64,000 nucleotides of DNA from a virus (IMGVR_UViG_3300020079_000007:32001-96000), one strand, 5' to 3'. Positions 18,554-29,326 are shown, counted from the first letter of the stretch. Program-made: numbers and translations. The notes: generated by a model from the sequence alone, not told the origin.

Positions 18554-19015
18554 ATGAAAATATTTTTGAAAAACTTTATTATTTTTTGTGTAGGATTTAC
18601 TCTTTATCAATGTATTGAAGGCATTTGGAAAACAATTGGCCCAGGGATGGGAGGAGTTGAATGCTTTTTGATGGGAGTACTTGGTGGCCTTTCATTATTA
18701 TTGGTCGGTGGTCTTAATAAGAAGTTGACTTGGGAAATGCCTTTTTGGTTGCAATCAATTATTGGTGGTCTTATAATTGTTTCACTTGAGTTTGTGACTG
18801 GGTTGATTGTAAATAAATGGGCTTGTCCTGCACTCGGAAGACCTATCGTTTGGGACTATTCAAATATCCCAGGGAATATCTTAGGTCAAATATGTCCTCA
18901 ATTTTTTGCAGCTTGGGTTGTTCTTGCAGCTGTTTGCATCTTAGTTGACGACTACCTAAGATATAGAGTCTACGATGAAGAAAAGCCTCATTATGTTTGG
19001 TGGTGGAAAAAATAA
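18554..19015 (+). CDS. Membrane protein, putative ABC-transporter type IV (DUF1113-like)
   Basis: Four hydrophobic segments; LEFVTG, WDYS...N..GQIC. Confidence 0.7.
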   Translation: MKIFLKNFIIFCVGFTLYQCIEGIWKTIGPGMGGVECFLMGVLGGLSLLLVGGLNKKLTWEMPFWLQSIIGGLIIVSLEFVTGLIVNKWACPALGRPIVWDYSNIPGNILGQICPQFFAAWVVLAAVCILVDDYLRYRVYDEEKPHYVWWWKK

Positions 19016-19906
19016 TTATTTTGGTAAAATCAATCTTGAATCCCAACCAAATCGAAATCCTTTTTCTGATGAGCTTGCGTGTTTCTTGATATATTCCATT
19101 AGGAACTGATGGCATCTTGTGTTGCCTTCAGCTTCCTTTCGCCACTGTTCTGCTTTTTCAAACATATCTTTTTCAAGTTCAACTCCGATGTAATTGCGGT
19201 CACAAAGATATGCTGCAATCCCTGAAGAACCTGAACCCATAAAAGGGTCAAGAACTTTTTGTCCTTTAAGAGACGAAACCATAATCAATTCAGTAAACAA
19301 TAAGACAGGCTTTTGGCAGCTGTGTATTTGTTTTTCACCGACATTATTGTATGCAGGCGGCGTAAAGAATGAAACATTACCAAGTCCTGTCCATCTTACT
19401 CTCATTCCTGTCGATTGGTCGAGCGCCCAACCTCTTGGCTTACCGTCCTTTACATAAGGAACGATAACTTCCCGCAAATATTCAACTGCATTCCAAGTAT
19501 ATTTTGTTGGGTCTTTTGTCAAATGCATAATCTCTTCGCGTTGTGACTTAAGTTTATGTGTTGCACCTCTTCCTTTAGGTCGACAATAAACCATCGCATT
19601 TTCCCAATGATTGAATAAGCCGCTGCGGTTAACACATTTTATAACTGTTTCAATTTTTGTTATGCCATAAAACATCCACATTGAACCCGTAGGCTTTAAC
19701 ACTCTTTTGCATTCCGCCAGGAATTTGTCAAGGAAACCCTCGTATTCTTCATCAGACATTTTATCCCAGTCAGAGTTTTGCATATGATTTGAACCATCAA
19801 AAGAAATCCCATAAGGGCTATCGGTACATACTAAGTCAATGCTTTCATCAGGGATTGTTTTCATATACTTAAAGCAATCATCATTTATATATTTTATTTC
19901 TTGCAT
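19016..19906 (-). CDS. N6/N4 DNA methyltransferase, beta class
   Basis: DLVCTDSPY (motif IV variant), HSCQKP, VLDPFMGSGS. Confidence 0.9.
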   Translation of the reverse strand: MQEIKYINDDCFKYMKTIPDESIDLVCTDSPYGISFDGSNHMQNSDWDKMSDEEYEGFLDKFLAECKRVLKPTGSMWMFYGITKIETVIKCVNRSGLFNHWENAMVYCRPKGRGATHKLKSQREEIMHLTKDPTKYTWNAVEYLREVIVPYVKDGKPRGWALDQSTGMRVRWTGLGNVSFFTPPAYNNVGEKQIHSCQKPVLLFTELIMVSSLKGQKVLDPFMGSGSSGIAAYLCDRNYIGVELEKDMFEKAEQWRKEAEGNTRCHQFLMEYIKKHASSSEKGFRFGWDSRLILPK

Positions 19907-20538
19907 CTTCTGTTCTCCCACATTTTTAAAGCTCTTTGATGTCTCTTTTCTGCAGCGATGCCCTCTCTTTTTTCAAGTAACTTTTTATAGTAATTATTAT
20001 CCTTATCAGGATCATAAAAAGACCAAAATTGTTTATTACACATTCTTTCTTCGTGTCTGCAAGATTCACTAATGTGATTATGTTGTATCCCTATTTTATC
20101 TTCAGCATCTCTTAAAGAAGGATATATTTTCATTGTATTAAGACATATTACTTTTTTACCTTGAAGTTCTTTATTTAATCTTTTGAAATCATTTTTTCTT
20201 TTTGCATAATCTCTTGAACTTAGCACAAATGGGTCTTGGTACCTTTTTGTATTTGACATACGATTAAATGCAGCCAACATTTTATAATAAACTCTTCTAT
20301 CATTACCCTTCGTTTCATATATACGACATAATAACAAATGACAAAAGAAATGCTCTCGTGCAGTTAATAAAACAAGATTTGGATGTGATTGATTGTTTTT
20401 ACAAAGATTTCGTTTACCTGTACCACCTAAACAAGTTGGCACTATATGATGAGCTTCATAATAAATATCATCTGTTTTGCTTCGATTTTCTGACTTTGCT
20501 TTTGCAATTATCTTATTATATATGTTTTCATAATTCAT
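19894..20538 (-). CDS. HNH homing endonuclease
   Basis: YYEAHHIVP...NLVLLTAREHFFCH; NUMOD1-like C-terminus. Confidence 0.85.
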   Translation of the reverse strand: MNYENIYNKIIAKAKSENRSKTDDIYYEAHHIVPTCLGGTGKRNLCKNNQSHPNLVLLTAREHFFCHLLLCRIYETKGNDRRVYYKMLAAFNRMSNTKRYQDPFVLSSRDYAKRKNDFKRLNKELQGKKVICLNTMKIYPSLRDAEDKIGIQHNHISESCRHEERMCNKQFWSFYDPDKDNNYYKKLLEKREGIAAEKRHQRALKMWENRRCKK

Positions 20539-20566
20539 ATATAATTAGTATAGTACCACTTAAAAG

Positions 20567-20644
20567 AGGATCTGTGCAAATTAAATCAATTGAGGCATCC
20601 TCAAGGGATGCCATTATTTTAAAACAATCGTCGTTTATATACAT
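20567..20644 (-). pseudogene. Orphaned original 5' end of the methyltransferase
   Basis: Translates MYINDDCFKIMASLEDASIDLICTDP, a paralog of KYINDDCFKYMKTIPDESIDLVCTDS. Confidence 0.8.
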
Positions 20645-20663
20645 CCTAATAATTTAGTTTAAA

Positions 20664-21743
20664 CTACTTTTGGGCAGCTGCATTCCTAGAGTCATCAAGT
20701 GACTTTTTGAAATCAGCCCAGTCCTGAAGAAGCTGACCGATTACTTTATTACCCTTAAACTTTTCAAGAGCTTTCAAAGAATTCTCGAATTTTGTCTGAG
20801 CGTCACTTGTATTATTTACGACATTATTGATTTCTTTTTGAGCATTTGCATCAATTGGCTGTCCCTGTCCTTGTGCAGCCGGCTGCTGTGTATTCTGATT
20901 TGCAGTTTGTGCTGTATTTTGTTCAGCAGAATTTGCAGTATTGTCTGCATTATTTGTAGTTGTACCGCCATTTTCTGCAGACTGTTCAGTGTTCTGTTGA
21001 GGTTGCGTTGTTTGCTGTTCAGGCTGAGCATTCTGTTGAATTGCTTGCTTTTTTGCGTTCAATGCAGCATTTAAGTTCTGAATAACTTTTAATGACTTCT
21101 TGTCATTCTTACCTAAAACCTGCTGAACACTTTGGTCATTGATTGCATTTGATACTGCCTCAATGTCTTTATCTGTAAACTGTTTCTGACCTGTTAAGAA
21201 AGGACGAACAAGTTGCTGAACACCTGCCAAAGCTTTCTTCGCTTTGTTGTAAAATGTCTTATTATTATTGTTTGTAGCTTCATTTAATGCATTAAGGTGT
21301 TTTATGATTAAAGAATCAGCAAGTTTTTCTTCATCAGGTACTTCTCTTGCACCGCCTTTTTCTGCAGGAAGTGATGATGGTTGTTCCTGACCTTGCTGAG
21401 GCTTTTGCTCACTTTGCTGTGGCTGCTGTTTTTGTAAAGCTTGCAACCCTTTATCACAAATGCCAATTGCCTTTGTAACGGCATCATTAATTGTCTTTGC
21501 AAGTGTGATGTCATCCATTGCATTTGTTTGTACATTTGTTTGTGCAGTCTGAGCATTTGTTTGAGCAGTTTGCTGTGCATCTTTTGCGGCAGCTGCATTT
21601 CTTTTTGCGTTGCCTGCTGCAGTACCGAAAGCATTTGCAATTGTTCTACCAACTGTTTTCAAAGCCTGTCCAACACCACCTGCTTCTTCTATTTTATTTG
21701 AGACTTCAAGAGCCTCCAAAAATTGTTCTGTATTCTGTTCCAT
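20664..21743 (-). CDS. Gln/Ala/Asn-rich late protein, putative internal head protein
   Basis: Low complexity; FLEA, IEEA, LNEA motifs; ACTAATT upstream. Confidence 0.55.
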   Translation of the reverse strand: MEQNTEQFLEALEVSNKIEEAGGVGQALKTVGRTIANAFGTAAGNAKRNAAAAKDAQQTAQTNAQTAQTNVQTNAMDDITLAKTINDAVTKAIGICDKGLQALQKQQPQQSEQKPQQGQEQPSSLPAEKGGAREVPDEEKLADSLIIKHLNALNEATNNNNKTFYNKAKKALAGVQQLVRPFLTGQKQFTDKDIEAVSNAINDQSVQQVLGKNDKKSLKVIQNLNAALNAKKQAIQQNAQPEQQTTQPQQNTEQSAENGGTTTNNADNTANSAEQNTAQTANQNTQQPAAQGQGQPIDANAQKEINNVVNNTSDAQTKFENSLKALEKFKGNKVIGQLLQDWADFKKSLDDSRNAAAQK

Positions 21744-21762
21744 AATATAATTAGTCTCCTTC

Positions 21763-23829
21763 TTATATATTCTCTTTGATAGTGATGTCTCTAAACTTAA
21801 TATGTTGGTCGTATCTTACACCGATACGAATATATAAAATGCCTTCGATAGGCTTAGGACCGAAGGTACAATATATTTTGCCTTCTTTTGAGTCTTGAAC
21901 TGCAAGACAACCTTGCATCCATTTATCATTGACACCAATACCATCATAAGGCTCTTTTGCATCAAGCCAATCTGTTGAACCTAAAACTTTAATATACATT
22001 GAGTCAACATTGAAAGCTTTTGTGTCTTTGTCTTGAGTTATATTTTCGGCATCTTCAAAGTTGATGAAAATGCCGTTTGCGATTTTCATATCATATTTCA
22101 AAGTTACATAACGCTTGCCACTCTTAGGACATTCACTGTAATCGAGTCCTGTCTTTATCCAAGATACATCAGAAAACACACCTGAAGTAATATATCCAGT
22201 GCCGTTGATTGAGAAGTCTTTTTCAGGCCACTGATACTTACCTGCGAGCATTTGCAATTCGTTATAGTTTCTCAAGTCTGTTTGAGGGTCCCATTCACCG
22301 CAGCTGTTTACAATCATTTGATTTTGAACTTCACCTGAGTAAACACGACGACTTTCATCAGAGATTGTATCAACACGGAAGTTGTAGTCAGCGTGGTGTT
22401 CGCCGTTTACTTCACCAAATATGTTATAAGTCTCAGCATCAATTCTTGTAACTTCTTGGTAAATGCCTTCAGGAATTACCAAGTCCTCTTTGATTTCAAG
22501 AGGAGGATTGTAAGCTGCATAAGTAAGTTCTGGGAATCTTTCATATTCAAGGCCAAATGCTTTCGTCTTTGAAATATGAGTTCCTTTTGTAAACTTCTTT
22601 AATGTTCTGTAATCAAGATGAGATGCTGTAATTATATCTCCCGCTCTAGGTGTTAAGATACCTGAAACATATCTATATCCAAAAGTAGCAGGACTTGTTG
22701 ATAACACAATTCTTTCATTTAATAAAGTATCTTTATCCTGCTGCAACTCTTCACATACAACCAATTCATTTGAGAAGAAGATTGTTGAATTGTAAGTATA
22801 TGACATTTTGAATATCATAGGGTAAATATGAGAAGATATAATACCTGACATTCCTTTTAATGTTGATGTAAAATGACACTTAATCTTTTTGAAAAATCCT
22901 CTTGCTGACAAAGAGTCAGGATAAGCTTCACCAGAATAATCAATTACCAAGCCTTGTGCAACTGGGTTATTTAAGTCTAATTCAATTCTTCCTACTTCTT
23001 GCCAAACACCATTAACACTTACAAGTAATCTTACAGTACCAAACCCAGGGTTATAAAATTCTGGGACATCAATTGTAAACTCATAATCGTCAAGGATAAC
23101 GTGGTCGTAGTGTTCATTTGTCTTTATATCTGTTGCATCAAATTCTTTTTCACAAATAAAAGTTAAATCCTTGCCATCAAAAGTTGCAGGCTCAGGAGGT
23201 ATCATTTTATTTATATCAACACCAATCTTACTAAGCTCTTGGTCAACATACTGCTTTGTTGCAACTTGTTGGTCTTTTTCAGGAGTATAGTCTGGGAGCA
23301 TTTCCTGACGGCCATCTGTTGTAATCATATGTTCAGGAAGCTTGCGTCCACAATAACGATAACCTGAAATATAGAATGGCATATCATATTCAGGCATACC
23401 ATCAGTAAATGAAAGGTAACCTACACCTATATCAACTGTCCACTTTTTAAGGCCAAAAGGAATTACATCACCATTTGCATCTTCGATTGTTAAATGCCAT
23501 TCTTCATTCTGAATAACATCAATAAGTTTTTCTGAAAAGAAAACGGCGCGGTCATTTACTTTATCAACTTTGATATGATTAAACTTTTCAACAACTGGGA
23601 CTGAACTTCCGCCGATTGCTGCATAATACAAATCGCCGCGCCAAATAAGTCCTTCAGGGGATGCAGGAATATATTCAGAGTCAAGCCATATTGATTTTGC
23701 ATCAACTTTAGGTGATACTGTTTCAGGCTCCTCATACCAAGCAAGATTGTTATCTGTGTTTGATTTATTTTTTATAACATTCTTATATGAGGCTTCTGCA
23801 ATATGTTTTGTATATTTATCTACGCTCAT
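21763..23829 (-). CDS. Virion structural protein (tail/baseplate)
   Basis: VATKQYVD fibre motif; C-terminal domain paralogous to 23816..26395. Confidence 0.55.
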   Translation of the reverse strand: MSVDKYTKHIAEASYKNVIKNKSNTDNNLAWYEEPETVSPKVDAKSIWLDSEYIPASPEGLIWRGDLYYAAIGGSSVPVVEKFNHIKVDKVNDRAVFFSEKLIDVIQNEEWHLTIEDANGDVIPFGLKKWTVDIGVGYLSFTDGMPEYDMPFYISGYRYCGRKLPEHMITTDGRQEMLPDYTPEKDQQVATKQYVDQELSKIGVDINKMIPPEPATFDGKDLTFICEKEFDATDIKTNEHYDHVILDDYEFTIDVPEFYNPGFGTVRLLVSVNGVWQEVGRIELDLNNPVAQGLVIDYSGEAYPDSLSARGFFKKIKCHFTSTLKGMSGIISSHIYPMIFKMSYTYNSTIFFSNELVVCEELQQDKDTLLNERIVLSTSPATFGYRYVSGILTPRAGDIITASHLDYRTLKKFTKGTHISKTKAFGLEYERFPELTYAAYNPPLEIKEDLVIPEGIYQEVTRIDAETYNIFGEVNGEHHADYNFRVDTISDESRRVYSGEVQNQMIVNSCGEWDPQTDLRNYNELQMLAGKYQWPEKDFSINGTGYITSGVFSDVSWIKTGLDYSECPKSGKRYVTLKYDMKIANGIFINFEDAENITQDKDTKAFNVDSMYIKVLGSTDWLDAKEPYDGIGVNDKWMQGCLAVQDSKEGKIYCTFGPKPIEGILYIRIGVRYDQHIKFRDITIKENI

Positions 23830-26395
23830 TGATTGACTCCTCTATCGATTTGATAAGAGCTCTTAAATTAACAGGCTTGCTTATCAATAATTTTATGTAT
23901 AAATATCCTTCATCAACAATTGGGTCTTTACCAAAAGTAACCCATCTTCTTTCTTGTGTACTTCTGAACAAATCAAGACCATTGAAAATTTCTCTGTTGG
24001 ACCAATGTCCAAAACCTGCATAAGGGATATTACAATTTACCCAACGAGAAAGAACATTTGAAGGCGCAACTGATGCATAAATTTCAATACCTTTTAATGT
24101 TCCGTTTTTATTTACTGGGTAAGACTTTTCTTCGTCATCAACAATGTCCATAAAGAAGTTGTTCATTCTAGGACAAGGGAATCTTAATGTTATTGTTTGT
24201 GTTGCAGGCTTATCACTGTAATCAGGCCCAATGCCAAATTGTGTATAATCAGTTTTACCAATAATTGCATTATGATCCTTTACCTGTGCCTCATCAAAAG
24301 GAAGCTCATCAGTAGGCACATATTTTTGAACTGCTTCAATAACGCCATCCTCAGGCGCATAAGGAGAAAGACCTACATAACGATATTCTTCTTCATCAGA
24401 GTAATCTATATTGATAAAGTCAGTTTCTTGTTCGATTGTTATACTTCTTGTAAGGCTTTTTACTTCTGCAACAAGTTTAATCTTTCCAAAGAAGTCGTCC
24501 ATTGAGATTTCTTTTGTATCATAAATAAGTTGGCCATTGCTTAATTCATAAGCTTCACAAGGGATACTGTAACCTGCATCAACTATGATTGGGTCGACAG
24601 GAGCATACTTATTTTTGAAGTTCTTTACAATAAGTCTGAAAGCAATATCAATATCACCCTTAGATGCTTTTACGCCTGACACATAATTGTTATATGTAGG
24701 CTGCTTTACAATTTCAATTCTTCCTGAAGGCTCAAAATCATTATACACATTTACATAAACGGTATTTGATTTCCAGAAAATGTCTGGGTTATTTGCGTCT
24801 CTTTGAATAAAGTAAATCTTGTGAGTGCCTTCTGCAGCATCAGTTTCATAATCAAAAGAAAAACCTTTATAATAACCGTGAAATGATTTAAACTTAGGGT
24901 ATGCTTCTCCAAAGTATGTTACATTGAAGTTGCCTCTTTTACCTTCTCCAAAAGATGTGTTCTCATCATCATAACAATTTAATGTTTCTACAAGGTTGTC
25001 ATCAATGTAAGCTTCAACACGGCAGCCGTTATAAAATACGATACCATCAGTTCCTACAAGTATTTTATTTGAAGCATAAGATTTCTTTAATGATGTAACA
25101 TCAAGAACCTCGATTTCTTCAGCTTTATTTTTAATATCAATTAAGTCAAGGCATTCAGGCTCTGTAGGCTCGATTGTCCCAACTCTGTCGTCTATGTTAT
25201 CAATTGCATCTTTATAATCTTTTAAGAGTTGGTTAAATGCAATCAATACTTCGCCAACAGTCAATGACGACATCATAACCGCGCCGCTGTTGAAGTCTTG
25301 ATTATCATTTGACTTATGAAGTCTTTGATTAGTTGCCCAAACATCAGCAATCTCTGGGTTAAGATCAGTGATGTCAGCCATCTTATGCTGATGCTTTTGA
25401 ACATTTGTTGCGATTGCTTCAAGTTGTCCGTTCTTATTGATAATAATTGTTTCTTCATCAATAAGATTGCTTAAGTTCTGAACTAAAGTTTGATAAAGAG
25501 ATACATTGTTGATAATGTTCTTTACAAATTCTTCAAGGTCTTTTATCTGTGAAGCAGTGTGTTGGTGATTTGCACAATCGCCGCCTTCGCCATTTAAGTA
25601 ATCTGAAAGTATGTCTGGGTTAACACACAAACGACCTTCTCTATCGAATCCCAATGAGTTTTCATCAATGTCAACAGAAATAACTGAGCCACCTTTTGTA
25701 ACCTCAACTTTAATGCCATCGCCTGGGATAGGCTTTATTTTTATAATTGACTCTTCAACTGTGTTAAGTCTGTTTTTTAATTGTGTAATCTCTGATGTGA
25801 TTGCAGACAAATCAACATTGATTGTTCCACTACCTGAGCTGCTTCCGCCTTCTTCACCTTCAGGAAATCCTACTGCACAAAGTTGTCCAAATTCATTGAT
25901 GCTGATTGTTTCTTCATCAAGTTTTAAGTTTGCAGATATTTTTCCTGTAGCTTGGTCAAACTTGAATTGAATTGGGTTGAGTGTATTATTTGTAAAGATT
26001 GTGCTGAGTTGTTTAGCAATCAGCTTGTTAAGATTGTCGTCAGTTATTGCTTCGAGTTTTTTGTAAACTTCTTGAGGCAAATCTTCATACTCAATGTCGC
26101 CTCCTGCAACTATATTTCCTGCATTATCAAGTCGAACTTTTGTGTACCAACCTGCATCTGGGACATTTGTATGTTTATCAGGATTGAAGCAAACTATACC
26201 GTCAGTGATACGCCAATAAGAGCGTTCTGAAAGAGTACCTCTTGACTCACAAATATAAACAAGCCAATGATCTTTTGTATATGTGGCACCGTTAAGCGCT
26301 CCGCTCTCTGTTATATAATATGCGGCAAAATCTAAATCTGTAACTGAAGGTAAGACACCTAAAGCAGGCGACCAAACACCATAGAAAGTATTCAT
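23816..26395 (-). CDS. Tail fibre/baseplate protein
   Basis: HQHTASQIKDL and HQHKMADITDL HxH repeats; D..TI.IN..GQL repeats; coiled coil. Confidence 0.6.
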   Translation of the reverse strand: MNTFYGVWSPALGVLPSVTDLDFAAYYITESGALNGATYTKDHWLVYICESRGTLSERSYWRITDGIVCFNPDKHTNVPDAGWYTKVRLDNAGNIVAGGDIEYEDLPQEVYKKLEAITDDNLNKLIAKQLSTIFTNNTLNPIQFKFDQATGKISANLKLDEETISINEFGQLCAVGFPEGEEGGSSSGSGTINVDLSAITSEITQLKNRLNTVEESIIKIKPIPGDGIKVEVTKGGSVISVDIDENSLGFDREGRLCVNPDILSDYLNGEGGDCANHQHTASQIKDLEEFVKNIINNVSLYQTLVQNLSNLIDEETIIINKNGQLEAIATNVQKHQHKMADITDLNPEIADVWATNQRLHKSNDNQDFNSGAVMMSSLTVGEVLIAFNQLLKDYKDAIDNIDDRVGTIEPTEPECLDLIDIKNKAEEIEVLDVTSLKKSYASNKILVGTDGIVFYNGCRVEAYIDDNLVETLNCYDDENTSFGEGKRGNFNVTYFGEAYPKFKSFHGYYKGFSFDYETDAAEGTHKIYFIQRDANNPDIFWKSNTVYVNVYNDFEPSGRIEIVKQPTYNNYVSGVKASKGDIDIAFRLIVKNFKNKYAPVDPIIVDAGYSIPCEAYELSNGQLIYDTKEISMDDFFGKIKLVAEVKSLTRSITIEQETDFINIDYSDEEEYRYVGLSPYAPEDGVIEAVQKYVPTDELPFDEAQVKDHNAIIGKTDYTQFGIGPDYSDKPATQTITLRFPCPRMNNFFMDIVDDEEKSYPVNKNGTLKGIEIYASVAPSNVLSRWVNCNIPYAGFGHWSNREIFNGLDLFRSTQERRWVTFGKDPIVDEGYLYIKLLISKPVNLRALIKSIEESINERR

Positions 26396-26420
26396 ATAAA
26401 ATTAGTCGCCTGCTTTAAGT

Positions 26421-26918
26421 TTATTTGATTTTGAAATTTCTTGAAACGTAACGAACTGTTACCTGTGGATTGTGATAAGCCTTAAGTTCCTTAACCATAT
26501 TTGTAAATCTTTCAAACTGACTGTCGATTACTTCAGCAGGGACATTGCTGCGGTCAAGGCCATTTTCAATATCGTCAGCAACGCGGTCTGCACAAAGCTG
26601 TTTATCGAAAGCGTCTTCCATAACAAAAGCTACAATGTCATTATGTGGAAAGCGTCTTGTAAGTTCTTTGATTGAATCTATATGCAAGTTTGTGTTTGAA
26701 AGAAATACATTAAAGCCGCCTGCAAGTTCAGCAACCATACGATTATCAGCAATCTTAAAAACTTTGTCGTTCTGTGACTGGTCTGAAACATTACCAAGCT
26801 CTTTTCTTATATTATCAAGATTGATTTCTGTAGCCTGAACGCCTTTTAAAAAGAAATCAGCAAACTTTGATTTTCCTGAACCTGAGATGCCCACTGTCAA
26901 ATAAATTATAGGTCCCAC
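26421..26918 (-). CDS. Polynucleotide kinase-like AAA_33 protein
   Basis: VGISGSGKS, DNIRKEL, TNL, VPAEVI. Confidence 0.8.
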   Translation of the reverse strand: MGPIIYLTVGISGSGKSKFADFFLKGVQATEINLDNIRKELGNVSDQSQNDKVFKIADNRMVAELAGGFNVFLSNTNLHIDSIKELTRRFPHNDIVAFVMEDAFDKQLCADRVADDIENGLDRSNVPAEVIDSQFERFTNMVKELKAYHNPQVTVRYVSRNFKIK

Positions 26919-27201
26919 TTTAAATCCTCCAATAATTTAGCAGCATATTTCAAAAATGCAAAAGGAAACTCTTTTTCATCAAAAAGAGCCCAGCCCTTAA
27001 TGTAATCTTCCAAAACAATGTTTCCCTTTTCATCTTTTTTGTAAAGAAGATTACCCAGAAAGTCAACAGTTGCAAAAGTTCTATCGGGATATGCTTTTAT
27101 AACATAAATTTGGTCAAAGTCGGTAAGATCATAATTTACAACATTACCTCTGTGCCAATCGACTTCTGTGTAAAATCTTATTTTATTCTTCTTTTCTTCC
27201 A
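26906..27201 (-). CDS. Hypothetical protein (likely start MEEKKNK)
   Basis: ORF overlap pattern. Confidence 0.45.
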
Positions 27202-27515
27202 TAACCCGCCTGTGCCATTTTCTGTTTGTCAAAAACTGATTTACCATACCAAGACTCTTCTTTCCAAGTAATAAGATTGAAGTTCTTATGGTAATCATCC
27301 CAAACAAACACAAGGTAATTCCATTCATCTTGTGCAACATTGATTGAACCATCTGTGTTAAAATATGCAACCAAAGGATTTTTCAATAATGCTTTGATGT
27401 CAACATTGCCGTGGTCGCGTAAGCGTTCTGCGGCGTGTTTTGAGATATGAAAATTGTCAGCAATCTCCTGTCTTTCGGCAGGAGTCAGCTCTTCACCTCT
27501 GTACTTAATCTGCAT
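27183..27515 (-). CDS. Hypothetical protein (likely start MQIKYRG)
   Basis: ISKHAAERL motif. Confidence 0.5.
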   Translation of the reverse strand: MQIKYRGEELTPAERQEIADNFHISKHAAERLRDHGNVDIKALLKNPLVAYFNTDGSINVAQDEWNYLVFVWDDYHKNFNLITWKEESWYGKSVFDKQKMAQAGYGRKEE

Positions 27516-27894
27516 CAACTTCCTTCCAAGCTTTGTAAATCTTGGGTCCCTGACGAGCAAACCAATCAACCATTTCCTCGTTTGTTGCCCAAGCATCAGC
27601 GGGATTTGAACTTTCGTCAAGCCCACTTTCCATCAAAAAAGCGTGGACAATTTCGTGCCTAACAACACGGCGCATATCAGTGTACTGATCTTTCAAAGAA
27701 AAGTCCAAGTTGCCAATTGTGGCCACTTTAGGGTTTTCAACAACAATCTCACGAGCAGGAGCGTTGGCATAACCTTTTGCTTCTTCGAAAGCAGGATCTT
27801 CATTTCGGTAAATGATTTTCCATTCACTTCCTAGAATGTTCAACTTTCTGACGATTTCGCCGTTTTCCATTTCAGCTGTTTTCTTCTTAGGCAT
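27505..27894 (-). CDS. Zincin-like metallopeptidase domain protein
   Basis: RHEIVHAF...NEEMVDW. Confidence 0.65.
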   Translation of the reverse strand: MPKKKTAEMENGEIVRKLNILGSEWKIIYRNEDPAFEEAKGYANAPAREIVVENPKVATIGNLDFSLKDQYTDMRRVVRHEIVHAFLMESGLDESSNPADAWATNEEMVDWFARQGPKIYKAWKEVDAD

Positions 27895-28279
27895 TCTTAG
27901 TCCACCTTCTTTCCAGTTATTAACTTTCTGGCTTCTGTAGCAATCGTTTTAGCTTCGATTGAAGAAAAATTTTCTTCAGGAACGAATTGTTTCAAAACTG
28001 ATTTCAAAGCAGCACGAAGCTTTTCGTTTTCTTCGTGCTGCTTCATCCAATGTTTCTTATAATAATTGATAACGTTTTCGTTATTAACCTTTTTAGACAT
28101 ATTCAACGTCTCCTCTTTCGATTGCTTCACGGATGTAATCTTCAGTTTTTGCAGCTTCATCAAAGTCTTCTGGGAGACCATAATAAGCGCCTTTTTCAGG
28201 AACATATACAAGCCCAAAAGCTTCAAGACCTACTTTCTCTTCTGCAAAAACATACATACCTTTCAACATAATCTTCCTC

Positions 28280-28555
28280 CTATTTTACTGTTATTCTATC
28301 CCACTTTGCAATGGACCCAGGGACCTTTGCCCATTCTTTACAAAAAGTCTTAAACTCTGTTGTTTCATCAGTTGTGAATTCATCAACAACCCGACTTTTC
28401 CAAAGAAGACTTCCATCGGGGCTGTAAACCACATACTGAACTTTGTCATTTTGGTGTTCAGCTCTTAAGACTGCCAAGGAAATTCCTTTTATAACAGCAT
28501 CAACAATTGCAATCACACCAATCACTGCAAGAATATATACAAGAGCCATTACCAA
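28280..28555 (-). CDS. Small membrane protein
   Basis: N-terminal hydrophobic helix. Confidence 0.5.
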   Translation of the reverse strand: MVMALVYILAVIGVIAIVDAVIKGISLAVLRAEHQNDKVQYVVYSPDGSLLWKSRVVDEFTTDETTEFKTFCKEWAKVPGSIAKWDRITVK

Positions 28556-28911
28556 ACCTCTTCTTCAACGTTGTCGTGGAACTCAGCACCGAGTTCAACA
28601 TAAGCCTGCATTACTTTCTGAACCTTTTCGTAAGGTCCTGCAGGGATGAACCAATCCTGTCCGTAGTCGATATAAAGGCCGACTTCCTTAGGATCTTCAG
28701 GATTGCGGGCTTCGTGAATTCCGTTTCTAAGGAGTGTATCAACATACCACCCAGGAGTCATCTGAACCCAAGTTGTTCCGTTTTTACGGGTCTGTCTTTC
28801 AAGAAGATGGGCTGTAGGCGCGCAAGGTTTATTCTGCCAATCTGTTTCAAAGATTGCAACTCCCCATTTTTCATCCACAAACTTAACTGCCTTAGCCTTC
28901 TTTATATCCAT
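28549..28911 (-). CDS. Hypothetical early protein
   Basis: Follows an early-class promoter; GGAGG RBS. Confidence 0.6.
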   Translation of the reverse strand: MDIKKAKAVKFVDEKWGVAIFETDWQNKPCAPTAHLLERQTRKNGTTWVQMTPGWYVDTLLRNGIHEARNPEDPKEVGLYIDYGQDWFIPAGPYEKVQKVMQAYVELGAEFHDNVEEEVW

Positions 28912-29020
28912 AAGTCCCTCCTTTTATCGAACTGACAATAATAATATAAAGAAGTCGGTTAAGAAGTTTAATTTTTCACTAAATTTTCATTAAAGTTAAT
29001 ATATTTTTAGAGGTTATTTT

Positions 29021-29317
29021 ATGGGTAGAAAAGCCAAGTTGATACGAGTAAACTTTACTCCTGCTGAAAACGTCGCTGCATTTATTGTAGCTTTTGTTGA
29101 TAATGAAAAAGAAGGATTTAAGAAAATTGTCAAAGAAGCTTATTCTAATTGGTCAACTGACAATAACATCAACTGGGAAGAAAAACAGCTTAAGGTTGTA
29201 ACTGAGCTTTCTTCTTATTCATTTGTTGCAAATGTCGATCTTGATGAGAAGTATTCTGACTGGGAAGACTTTTATATCCTTCATTTCCAAAAAACATCTG
29301 ATTATAGGGTCCGTTAA
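29021..29317 (+). CDS. Hypothetical protein
   Basis: GTTAATAT motif and GAGG RBS upstream. Confidence 0.55.
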   Translation: MGRKAKLIRVNFTPAENVAAFIVAFVDNEKEGFKKIVKEAYSNWSTDNNINWEEKQLKVVTELSSYSFVANVDLDEKYSDWEDFYILHFQKTSDYRVR

Positions 29318-29326
29318 TATTTATTT

